Below are positions 52,489-64,000 of a stretch of 64,000 bases of DNA, piece by piece. The stretch spans positions 25,608,001 to 25,672,000 of the forward strand of contig NC_087250.1 of NCBI RefSeq assembly GCF_037042905.1, read 5' to 3'. Source of the DNA: Lytechinus pictus (lineage: Eukaryota). Under the pieces are notes generated by a model. The model had not been told where the DNA came from and searched no databases. It saw only the letters and a list, made by a program, of their open reading frames with translations. The stretch's first letter is position 1, and each line of letters starts with the position of its first letter. Position numbers and translations under genes: made by a program.

Positions 52489-52523
<35 letters not shown>

Positions 52524-54938
52524 TAAATAGTCAAATCGCAAAATAAAATACAAAGCTCAGGAATGATGCCATTGGGACATCAAAGAAGTTTCTTTAATGT
52601 AGCACAATGCCCATCTAATAATTAGTTTATCAGAGTCGATGAAAGAAAATTATGCAAATTAGCCTGTAACGGCTGGATTGAGCATGTTGTCGCAAAAAAG
52701 CAGATTGATTCTATTCTTCCTGTATCTCTTCTTAAACATGTACTACAGAAAGTCGCTGTGGTATAACTATGTGGGAGAGAAAAGATGGAAAATACCCAAG
52801 CATTGTACCACGTTGAGCAAACAGGGATTGCGTGCAAACTATGAATTGAGTCATCCAAGCGAAGTTAATCGTGGAATGAGTATAATTAATATTAACTGTG
52901 TGAAAATATGCCATGAATCTATGAATCTCTATGATCATCGTCATATCGAATGATAGAATAACGATTCATCACCAACCAATAATGAAATCAAAAGAAAATC
53001 ATGCAGATAAAAGGGAGAACAGGGACTCAAAAGGGGTAGCAGATTGGTAATTCAATGCTTATGTTATGGTTCTTGACTGATCGTAATAACCGGACGTAAT
53101 AAAGACCCTTTTCGAAATTAACATAGTTTGATTGATCGTGCATTTAGAAATAGTTGATTATTTAAGAAGACCTTAAAGGGGAATGCTTCTTTTTCGTACA
53201 TAATCGAATCAGGGAACAGCTCATGAAAATAGAAAGTACACAATCACATCCGAATATCACTTTAATCATTGCAATAAAATATAGACAATATGGGCTGATA
53301 TTTACAGGTCTCGAGTTCTTACGAACTCGTACAAGAATGTAAGCATTATACGACAACACTGTTTTCACTTTGTGTTCACACTTCGTTTACATAGTCAGTC
53401 CAATGTCATTAATTTGAACAATCGTTCATACCTTCACAGACAGTGTAACAACACTATGAATAGATGACAATAGGGAATATACGCAATTACGTCGTAGACG
53501 CTTTCTATAACGCTGATAATCTTTTGCCAGAAGTTCTTCAATGACAAAACAGTTTTCGTCGAAAATCGGTGAATAAAAACACCAGTGTTGTCCTTGACTC
53601 TGGACAAACGACCCCCTGTCCGAATATATGGACGATCTGCTGTCCTGGTCGCGGCCAACTAACTTTCGACAGAAGGGGGGGGGGGGGGGGGGCATGTGAC
53701 ACTACATCTGTGTTCGTGAGGACAGTAGCCTATTTTATATAACTTCATCTTAAGCACATGGGATTGAGCTTTGATCAAAATTTGATCTTTAGACTTAAGA
53801 GGAATTAATTGTTACCTGATGTGTGTATTTGGAATAAAATGAATTGAACTCCTCTAAAGCTTTTTAAGCTTAGAGTTTAGGTGAATGAAATCATTTGAAG
53901 AGAGACAGGACGTACTAGTAGAATGATCGAGCAGTAGTGAACAAGCAGAATAAAGATAAAAGTAACGAGACCTAAATGGTGCATGCATACGTCCCGGATA
54001 TGGAGGGGGTGTTGTATATGTGGGTATATCCTGCGAATTCCCCCCCCCCCCCACAAATATATAAATGTATTAATAATGGAAACAAAATGTATAGATAACT
54101 ATGAAAAAAGGAAATGAATCAAAATTAAAAATAAAGTAGTGAAAAATATAAATAAATACAAATAAAAAGAAAAATAAAAGTAATCATTTTGAGAACGATG
54201 ATCTTTTAGGGGGAGGGCACCCCCCAAACAAAAAAAAAATCTCTTTTGATCCCCGGCTGATAGGTAGATGTGATAGATATGTGTACCAAAAAAAATAGTT
54301 ACATGGGTGATTTCAAGATTGCTGTTGATTTTATGGTGTGGTGCCTTACCAAGTTTTACATCAGCACAGCACCATCATTACAGTGAAAATAATTCATTGA
54401 TTCATCTCACCTGATGTTGAGCTTAACCCTAACATGATTCAGATGAGTTTTGTAAAATCAAAATAGGTTTTTTTGGAGGAAGAAAAATAACTGTACTACC
54501 AAAACCAGCATCTACACCAACGCCGAAGTTGGAATCGCTCATTGTTGTTTTTGTTTTTAATGAATTGCGGACGAGAAAGAGGGTGTGCTGTGTGTATGAT
54601 TGAATAATGAGAGTGCAAGATGGCAAAGAGAGAGAGAGCCTAAGAGAGAGAAAAAAACTATAGAATATCTAACCACGGACCCTATGGTCAAACAATACTG
54701 TTTAGGGGCATCGGGTGCACAACATGTGTATTTGGTCCATGCTATGCTCGATCTGATCATTTAGAGTTAATGGAAATTAGACCAAAGAGTAGCATAGACG
54801 ATGAAACCAAAAGGAAAGTAGACAAAACCAATTGACAATTTACTCACGGAGAGAGACAATAAATGGTCATTTTATATTTTGAGAGGGGGCGGGGATAAAT
54901 GAATAAATCAGCGATTGTACATACCACCATGCAAACCT

Positions 54939-55110
54939 TCAAACAACAACCAATATTTCATTTGTATATAAAATACGTTGCATTATTTTGAACTGAAACC
55001 AACGTAAATTCACATCAGTAGTACAACTGAATCCAATAGAGCAATACGATTGCCATTGCTTTTTTATATCATTCTGTTGTGGAAAACAACAAAAAGAAAG
55101 GTAAATTTTT
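54939..55110 (-). pseudogene. L1/Tx1 ORF2 C-terminal relic (zf-RVT-like region)
   Basis: WQSYCSIGFSCTTDVNLRWFQFKIMQRILYTNEIL aligns by eye with NTTIDTKTREFHFKVLNNILFFN of the LINE at 4.1 kb. Confidence 0.75.
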
Positions 55111-56116
55111 AGTAAAAAAAACTTACAAACCAGCGAAACGCTCAAACTGAAATACAATTACGATTAATCGTGGCTTATTGTTTGTTATAAAATAAATTCG
55201 CTCTTAAATCTGCCCCTTCCATTTCCACCAATGCAAAAATGAAGAGAAGATGACTTCGACCCCCCCCCCCCCCCCATTTCAAGAAAAGAAGATCAATAAA
55301 AGTGTGGTGTGTATCTTGCATATGAACTGCCTCCATGTGTACCAATTCAATGGATACTCTATTGGTGACTCTTGAAGATCGCTGATGACACATTGTATTG
55401 AAGAACGCTGATTGGTCAGAAGTATAAGCAGTAAATTATTCACGCGATGAATACAATAACTTTCATGAATAATTAACGAAAAGTTAACCTCGCTCAATGC
55501 GTATGAGTGATGCTTATCTCCGCTTTCTGCTTAGTCGTATAAAGAGTCTAAGAGATGTGTGGAGCAGCGAATTGATGAATTATTCATGTTTATGCAAATG
55601 AAGGCAAAGGATTTGCCAAAATGTCCACTACAAATTGGCGGAGCTTCGCGGGCCCGGGCCAGCACTGTGTTATTCGTGTAGTACGCGCACCAATGTGACC
55701 GGGCAAGTTTTGGCTCAGCCAGACCATAAGATGACGGTCATGACTCTGGTGTTGGCTTATGTAGGTAATATGGGCAGCGAAATTTAGTGGAAGAACGGTA
55801 ATACCATGTCATCAGAGTATGTTTTTTTTTTATTGATGTACAAACTACAAGAATCATGAGTGCCTTTTGTCTTACCTTTTTTCTAACAAAATACATTAAA
55901 ATCTATAATATGTTAATTAACATTCTTTCTCGGAGTTCTCACTATCCATATAAGATAGACAAAACTGAAGAAATGAAAAAAAAAAATCCACTTTATGATC
56001 TACCCAAATGGTACTCTAAGTGAGGGTGGGAGCTTAGAGTGGTTACAAAATCTTAATCAATTCTCTTGTTCTACGATTCTCGTTTCTTACAGCTCAATTA
56101 TCTCTCCCACCTGTTC

Positions 56117-56151
<35 letters not shown>

Positions 56152-57814
56152 AGTCGCTGAAGAATGCAATCAAGACGGGGAACGGGAAATCAGAAGCAGA
56201 ATCGAAAAATACTTAGGTTCAGCTGTCCATAAATTTTAATTCAGTATTCAATTCTACTCTTTCAAAACCACTTGAGTCCCGAAAAATACTAATTTTAAAT
56301 CTCAGACAGCCCTGACGCCTAGCAAACACTCAGTTTGAATTTCTTCACTACCACATTCCTAACTCAGCCGGCCTGATCCGGAAAACCGGCAACTCAAACT
56401 ATTAAACATATTATGGAATGTAAACAGTGCAAGAAGGCAGACGAACTTTTTACCAAAACAATCTTCAGTATTTTCCACCCGCTATAGAAGTGTAAATTTG
56501 TATCGAGTTGAAGTCTAGCTGTTCCCTTGGTAACGAAATTGGATGGGTGGGTGATGGTGTGTGTGTGTGTGTGTGTGTGTTTGGGGGATCTCACTATCGT
56601 ATATACATGTGTAAGACTTCGTTATCTTTTTTGTGGCGCAAACCGAATTCAAATTCACCCTTCAAAACTTGAAACTGAGCTATGTGCATTAATCCGTAAC
56701 ATGATACTAATCATTTATTGATATTCAAAATATGGGGCGTCGATAAACTGCCGTGGTATAAACATGTCTTTATTTGGTAAAAACAAATGGCTCGTTCATT
56801 TTGATTGGTTGATTGGTACAGTTATTCGGCATACAGAAGGCCTCAGCTGGAATGAAGTTAAGTGATTTACAGTCAATTCAATCAGTTTGAGTCCTGGCTA
56901 ACAACTCAAACACATCGATAGAATTAATGTTGCCAAGATTTTATCAACAGTTAAAAAATGAATAGAACTTCGCGATGACGCATAGTGTGATTATACGTTC
57001 AGACCAATAATGTCTTTCTTCTAAACATTTTTGTGAATATTTTCCAAGATATTGTTTAAAACAACATATCTAAATTACCCGCCTAGTTGACGTTCGTCAT
57101 AATACTTTGCTATCTACGGTACCGACGACTGAACCCACTCTCCACTGACGTTCTGACGTTCTGACGTTCTCGGATCATCACTGCAAGTTAATCCAAAACA
57201 AGTAAGAAAGCGTTTGAAAATAATTGTGTTAATGTAGATAATGCTTTAGATCCAATCGGTTACAATCACTTGGTCAACTGTTATGATTGTCTGATTACAT
57301 GTTCATATCATTCGAATTTGTCTATTTATTTCATCTTTGTTTTGTTGGTGATCCGACAATTGCTCTGCCGACATATGTTCAGTCGACAATTGCTTCGCGA
57401 GTTGCGACAACTGCTCCGCCGATAATTGCTCGGTAGCAGCCGTACAGAAGCGCTGTCAGTGAAGATGCTGTTAGCCATGTTAGTGCTAACACATCACTAA
57501 CCAATAAGCCATTTACACCATGAGCAGAATGAACGCACATAAAGCGCTGTTAAGCACAGGTGTTGTTAGTGGGTTTGAGCCGTATAGTTAGGCCAAATCT
57601 AAGACTAACTATAGTGATCTATGTGTGAAATGATACATGATAAGGCCTTTATTCCATAGGCTCAATGTATTATTCCCATTAACCGGGGCTCGGATTTGCA
57701 ACAGAGATCCTTACTTTGTGATGACTTTGTAACGCGGTGTTAATAACTGAATTCTGATTATTTTAACCATATTATGTCCCCAGGTTCTGTTATAACATAT
57801 CTCATAGACATTAA

Positions 57815-60274
57815 AGGTCAAGTCCACCCCAGAAAAATGTTGATTTGAATAGACACAAATCTAACTAGCATAACGCTGAAATTTTCATCAAAATCGGATG
57901 TATACTGATAAGGTTATGATATTTTAAAGTTTTGCTTATTTTTTCATAAAAGAGTGATGTGCACAACTCAGTGACAAGCAGATGAGACATTGATGATGTC
58001 CCTCACTCACTATTTCTTTTGTTTTTTATTGTTTGAATTATACAATATTTCATTTTTTACAGATTTGAAAATAAAGGACCCATTTGACTGACCCATATAT
58101 TATTAGACAATGCTAATTCAACATGTTCAAGGAGGCATTAATAGTTGTTTCACTTGACAATGAGGAGAAAATGAGAATATTTCATATTTCATTTAATAAA
58201 ATACAAAAGAAATAGTGAGTGGATGACGTCATCAGTCTCCTCATTTGCATACCGACCAGTACCGACCGACCGCACAGAAATGTTGTTAGCTCTAACAGAG
58301 CACTAACAGCACCGGTAGTTAGATTTTGCCCACACAGAAGCATAATGTTAGCCCAGTCACAAGCTAGCGCTGTTAGACTAACATTACAAGGTCGCACAGA
58401 AGCTAACATTAAGCGCTAACAGTGCCAAGGGTACCGATAGTGACAATGTTAGAGGATAATCTCTTGTGTGTCTTGCGTAAAGCTTGTCTCCTTTTTATAT
58501 CAAGTGCTTTAAAATAGACCTAGATAGAATTAAAATGTTACTCCAGCCAAGGGGCGCATCCAGTTTCTTCCAAAAGGTGCCCGGAAAGGGGGGGGGGGGG
58601 GTGGCACATTTTCCCGAGAAAGAGTTTGACAAGCAAAAAAAAAAGTTTACTTTTAAAATTGAATGTATTATTGTCCAAAAAAAAATTGACATGCAAAAAA
58701 GGGTCTCTAATTGCTTTAACGGGGGGGGGGGGGCACATTTGGGTAAAAATGGCTGGCATGTTTGCATTAAAAATGCTGATTATTGCTTTGGATCCACCAA
58801 TGGGAGAAAACACAATTAAATTAGATGCGAATACTGTATTTACAATCAATAACATAATTTTTCAATGGAACATAATGAAGAAAGATAAATAAAATATGAA
58901 TTGAATGAAGTGAAGACTGCAAAGTATTTTTGAAAGCAGTGCTGCCTATCCATGCCACCATGAATATCCTAGAATAGAATTACGAAGCCAAATCATTTTT
59001 TTTTATTACCTTGTTATTACCCTGTTTCCCTCCATTAAGAACACCAATGATTATGTACATGTTGTGATTATGATTGTGATTGCAAAACCAATTATAAAAG
59101 GTCCCATACCTCATTCCCCTGTTCCTGATTTTACCGCGAACTGGTAAATTTATGTTTCAAGACTAGATGTAGGCCTACGTAAAACTTTTTAATGGTCATG
59201 ATGTTAAGTGAAGCAGTGGCCATATTTACTTTCCACTGTAAGGAAAAATTCAGTTTAAATTAACATAATTTCATATATACAAATTAATAAGTGGCGGAAA
59301 TGACAAATGACACCATCAGCTCGCGTATAGTACATATAATATATAATATAATTGTTACGGAAGTTATGCAAAACTATAAAACATATTTTTAAACGCATTT
59401 TTAAAATTATTTTATTAATGTTCAATTGTTTGTATTATAATACTCCACATCCTGCTTCCCTATATACACCTCCATAGAAGGAATTTATTCTTCTACTCTA
59501 CGAACAAACCTATACAGCCCCCTTCCCCTATCAAATTATTATTGACTGCCGTTAGTAGATCATTTTTTCATCGATGTTAAAGTCTATGTATTATGTTAAA
59601 ACATTGACCTACTGTGGTTAAAATAATCAGAATTCAGTAATTAACACAATGTAATCACAAAGTAAGAATCAATGTTGCAAATCTGAGCCCCGGATAAATG
59701 AGAATAATACATTGAGCCTATGGGATAAATGCCCTTACTATGTATCAATTCGCACATCATCAATAGATTACATCACATATTTTGCCTAACTATAAGGCTC
59801 AAACCCACTAACCATGCTAACAACACTTGGGCCTAACGGCGCTTTCTGTGCGTTCATTCTGCTCATGGTGTTAGTGGCTGATTTGTTAGTGACTTGTTAG
59901 CACTAACAACACTGCCACTAACAGCGTTTCTGTGCGGTCGCTACAGAATGTGCACATAACTATTTTGTGAAATTAAGCGAACATTTTAAAATGTTATGGG
60001 TCAGTCAAATTGGTCCTCATCGTCAAATCTGTATAATATGAAATATTGTATAATTCAAAAAAAAAAAAAGAAATAGTGAGTGAGGGACATCATCAATGTC
60101 TTATCTGCTTGTCACTGAGTTTTGCACATCACTCTTTTGTGAAAAATAAGCGAAACTTTAGAATGTCATAACTTTATCATTTTACATCCGATTTTGATGA
60201 AATTTTCAGTGTTGTGCTTGTTGGATTTTTATCTTCTTATTTAAATCAACTTTTGGTTGGGGAGGACTTGTCGT
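57815..60274. mobile_element. TTAA-target MITE inserted in outer X and split by inner X
   Basis: TTAA|AGGTCAAGTCCACCCCA ... TGGGGAGGACTTGTCGT|ATAA. Confidence 0.8.
58260..59943 (+). mobile_element. Inner copy of TIR element family X (3-bp CAG TSD, PIF/Harbinger-like)
   Basis: CAG|TACCGACCGACCGCACAGAAA ... TTTCTGTGCGGTCGCTA|CAG. Confidence 0.8.
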
Positions 60275-61649
60275 ATAAAATCGATGAAGAATGGTCTATG
60301 AACGGCAAAAAAATCAATAATTGTTTGATAGGAGGGGGGGGGCTATATAGGTTTGCTCGTAGAGTGGAAGAATGACTTCCGTCTATGGACGAGGTGTATT
60401 ATAGGGAAGCAAGATGTGGAGTATAGTCATACAAACAATTATTGAACATTAATAAAAAAAAAACATGAATTAAAAATATATGATACAGTTTTGCATAACT
60501 TCCGTAAAAATTATCTTCTATATGTACTGCATGCGAGCTGATGATGGCATTTGTCATTTCTCCACTGACTTATTAATTTACATATATGAAATTAAGTTCA
60601 TTTAAACTGAATTTGTCCTTATAGTTGAAATTAGATATGACCCCTGCTTCAGTAATCATCATTACCATTGACAAGTTTTACATAAGGCCTACGTGTAGTG
60701 TTGAAACATAAATTAACCAGTTCACGGTAAAATCAGGAAAAAGGGGATGAGGTATGGGACCTTTTCTATTTATGACTTGTATTGGTTTTGCAATCACAAT
60801 CATATAATCACAACATACATATATCATTGGTATACTTAACTCATTGAGTGCTTCGTGCACGCTACGTATCCTACTATAACATGCCACACTCGTGCTCGCA
60901 CGCCTACTATTGATTGCTTTGTGCTTGCATTGTTTCCTACCCTCGCCTGCTTCGTGCATGACTGCGCACATTCGGAATTACAATCATTGTTACGCCGTTT
61001 TGCATTGTATTGCGCATCGCATGCACGCCGTAATTAGCACTATTGTGTACAGTGCGAACTTTGCTTTCTGACAGATCAACTTACTCACGCAGTTTACATT
61101 AGACTTTTACGAGTATTTCTACATTTTTTACAAGATATGGCTCCGCCTCCGACAGGGAAGACACCTATGTTTTTTGATCCATACAAAACACTCCACAAAA
61201 TGGAACTACTTGATACAACTCATAATTCAGCGGTAAAGATAATAACCCATCCATATAATAAGGACACCATTATAAGGGGTATGAAATTTCCTACAACTTT
61301 ACTACACAATATTTTGTGGATAAACTAATCGTTAGAGAGTTACAAGCAATTGTAATCATGACTATTGAAAGGAGTGAATACGACTCGCGATCCCAAAATC
61401 AATGTGGCACAGGGGGGTTTTGTGGCTGGCACAGGGGATTAGCATCGGATTAGCACTGTGGCGTTGGGTTAGTAGTGTGTATGGCATGTTAAGAGTTAAT
61501 GGGGGAAACAAGGTAATAACAACAGTAATAATAATGGTTACACTTCGTAATTCCGAAGGTTCTTTATTCCGAAGGTTAATTCGTAATTCCGAAACACGTA
61601 AATTGCCTATACCTCGATGTTTCGTTAATCCGAACATTTGTGGCGTAAT

Positions 61650-62220
61650 TCCGAAGGTTCGATAATCCGAAAACGAAATAAGGGTCGTTGTTCCGAAGTT
61701 TCGTTAATAAGAAAACGAAATAACGTTCGCTGTTCCGAAGGTTTGATAATCCGAAAACAAAATAAGGTTCGTTGTTCCGAAGGTTCCTTAATCTGACAAC
61801 GAAATAAGGTTCGTTGTTCAGAAGGTTTGTTAATCCGAAAACGAAAAAAGGTTCGTCGTTCCGAAGGATCGTTAATCCGAAAACGAAAAAAGGTTCGTCG
61901 TTCCGAAGGATCGTTAATCCGAAAACAAAAGAAGGTCCGTTGTTGCGAAGGTTCGATAATCCGAACACGAAATAAGGTTCGTTGTTCCGAAGGTTCGTTA
62001 ATCCGAATACGAAATAAGGTTCGTTGTTCCGAAGGTTCGTTAATCCGAATACGAAATAAGCTTCGTTGTTCCGAAGGTTCTTTTATCTGAAAACGAAATA
62101 AGACTCGTTGTTCCGAAGGTTCGTTAATCCGAAAACGAAATAAGGTTCGTTGTTCCGAAGGTTCGATAATCCGAAAACGAAATAAGGTTCGTTGTTCCGA
62201 ATGTTCGTTAATCCGAAAAA
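61650..62220. repeat. 42-bp minisatellite, ~13 copies
   Basis: Unit AAATAAGGTTCGTTGTTCCGAAGGTTCGTTAATCCGAAAACG, with a degenerate lead-in from ~61540. It gives 14-aa periodic ORFs on both strands. Confidence 0.95.
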
Positions 62221-62699
62221 TGAAAACCGGGGAAGCAGAGGAAGGGCAAGTGTAGTGTGGGGGGGGGGGGGGACACCGTTGCTGTTTAGTTATTATGAGG
62301 ATGGGAAGGCAAGGGCGGCCGAACGAATTTTCATTTGGGGGCATGCAAAGCCAAAAATGACACTCGTCGTCAAAATGGGCACTTTGGTGATATTTTCACC
62401 ATGAGATCATCATGTGCGTGAAGTCATTGTGTGTTTTATAGTAATTAAGTATAGAAAAGCTTTTTTGAAGTGACTTCTAATTATGGAAAGATTTGTATTT
62501 AGGCTTTACTTTTGGCGAGAGAGTATAATGAACGAGCGGTTAGAAAAACAATTTCAAAGCTGAAGTTGTAAAAGTCGTTTTGGCAATATTGCGAGGTGTT
62601 GCGAGCGTTAATCACAAGCTCAAACTTTAGGGCATTTCAATAAGAAATGAAACAAAAAAATCCGAAAAGGTTTCTGCTATCATTAAAAAGATGTGCATC

Positions 62700-62869
62700 T
62701 AACCTAACTAAAAAATTTATCACGACCGCAAAGTGCGAGCTTAATATACTGACCAGAAAAGGAACCTGTTAAGGACTGCATTTATAACCTAACTAAATAA
62801 TTTATCACGACCGCAAAGTGCGAGCTTAATATACTGACCAGAAAAGGAACCTGTTAAGGACTGCATTTA
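62700..62869 (+). repeat. 85-bp direct tandem duplication inside a G-tract MITE-like region
   Basis: TAACCTAACTAAA...GGACTGCATTTA occurs twice (62700, 62785). Confidence 0.9.
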
Positions 62870-63829
62870 ATGACCTCTTTATGATACATATTTCTCCAAT
62901 CGAATAATACTAGTGCGCAGCGCGAGCTGAAAAATTGTAATATTCCAGCCTGAAAATTAATCTGAAATGTATATTTTAAAAAGAGTATTCATTTTGAAAA
63001 AAGGAAACTTCCCATTTTGGAAAAACAGCATTCCCCTCTTATTTCTTTTGGGGTGCAAGTGCCCCTTGTCCCCCTCACCCCCCCCCCCCCCCGGCGGATC
63101 TAACTTTCGCCAATAGGGGGAGGGGCGAACTTTTTTCACCCATATTTTCCCCGATCGGCAGCTCAAAGATGATATTTGTTTGTTTCTTTCTTTGAAACGG
63201 TAGTCCTATCAGTCAATAATTAGCTTTATTCTTATAAAATAAAGTAAATATGTAGTAATATCATAAGCCCTTTTAAATACTGCGATATGGGTTAAATATG
63301 GGTTAAATGTTTGTAATTTTCAAAACAAGATGCCTATGTAACTAGATAACACTGCGAGCAAGAAGCGTGAGCAGAAATTTTAAATATTGATAAGCTCTGA
63401 CCTGATCAAAAAGGGATATGTTAAGGACTTTTTGCAGTATAGCCATGAAGATGATACATGTTTCAACCAGGGGCGTCAGAACTTTTTTTCCTTTGCGGGC
63501 GGGGAAGCCCCAAAAAGCTGCACTTATATGCCAAAACGGGCAATGTGGTGCCACCGGATATTTTCACCACGAGATTATTATCTGTGTAAAGAAGTTGTGT
63601 GTTTTGTAGTTATTAAGTTAAGCAATTTTTGTTAAATTGATTTCTGATTGACAGAATATATTTTTAGGTTTTATCTTTCACGAGCAAGCGGTTTGGAAAA
63701 AAATTCTAATCTGAAGTTGTAAAACTCGATGTTTGGTCAATTATGGACCTAATTACTGTTAAAAGGGCATCCTTGTGAGATGTTGCGAGCGAATCACAAG
63801 CTCAAACTTTTGGAAATTTCATGTAGGCC

Positions 63830-63843
63830 TAATAATAATAATA

Positions 63844-63892
<49 letters not shown>

Positions 63893-63917
63893 TAATAATG
63901 ATAAATAATGATGATAA

Positions 63918-63966
<49 letters not shown>

Positions 63967-64000
63967 TAAGTAATGATGATAAGTAATAATAATAATAATA
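63830..64000. repeat. (TAA)n microsatellite, runs off the window end
   Basis: Directly visible. Confidence 0.98.

Larger units (their letters stand above)
57434..60832 (-). mobile_element. Outer copy of TIR element family X, split by a MITE
   Basis: 57434-57814 and 60275-60832 join into a continuous reverse complement of 59041-59943. Confidence 0.8.

Noticed and set aside
56151..56200. Second hammerhead candidate (CTGAAGA after (TA)n)
   Set aside because: No stem II pairing before the next GAAA.
61625..62344. 239-aa repeat protein / CRISPR-like array
   Set aside because: Contiguous 42-bp tandem units with no unique spacers and no cas genes, in a eukaryotic context; the ORF is a by-product of unit length.

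Overview
AT-rich, intron- and repeat-dominated animal genomic DNA, not prokaryotic; the repeat types and exon peptides suggest a sea urchin or other echinoderm (inference). The only convincing host coding sequence is on the + strand in the first 16 kb. It consists of two paralogous ~500-nt LRR-like exons (7000-7520, 15712-16214) and a 49-nt linker exon (8263-8311), possibly with a 72-nt exon at 647-718. These splice in frame and resemble the C-terminal LRR region of echinoderm NLR-like immune receptors. The ~4.3 kb of intron in front of each large exon is nearly identical between copies, while the exons diverge steeply and mostly by amino-acid changes. That intron holds nested elements: a TTAA-type MITE, inside it a Helentron-type (HINE) element with ~160-bp internal repeats, and inside that a decayed L1/Tx1 LINE with a 9-bp TSD. 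The rest of the window contains an old ~17-kb-offset duplication, a very recent 1,994-bp tandem duplication, many MITEs, HINEs and LINE/SINE relics, a self-nested transposon complex at 57.4-60.8 kb, a 42-bp minisatellite, and a minimal hammerhead ribozyme in a Penelope-like remnant at 52.4 kb. Most short ORFs in the supplied track are spurious. All calls were made by eye, with no database searches.
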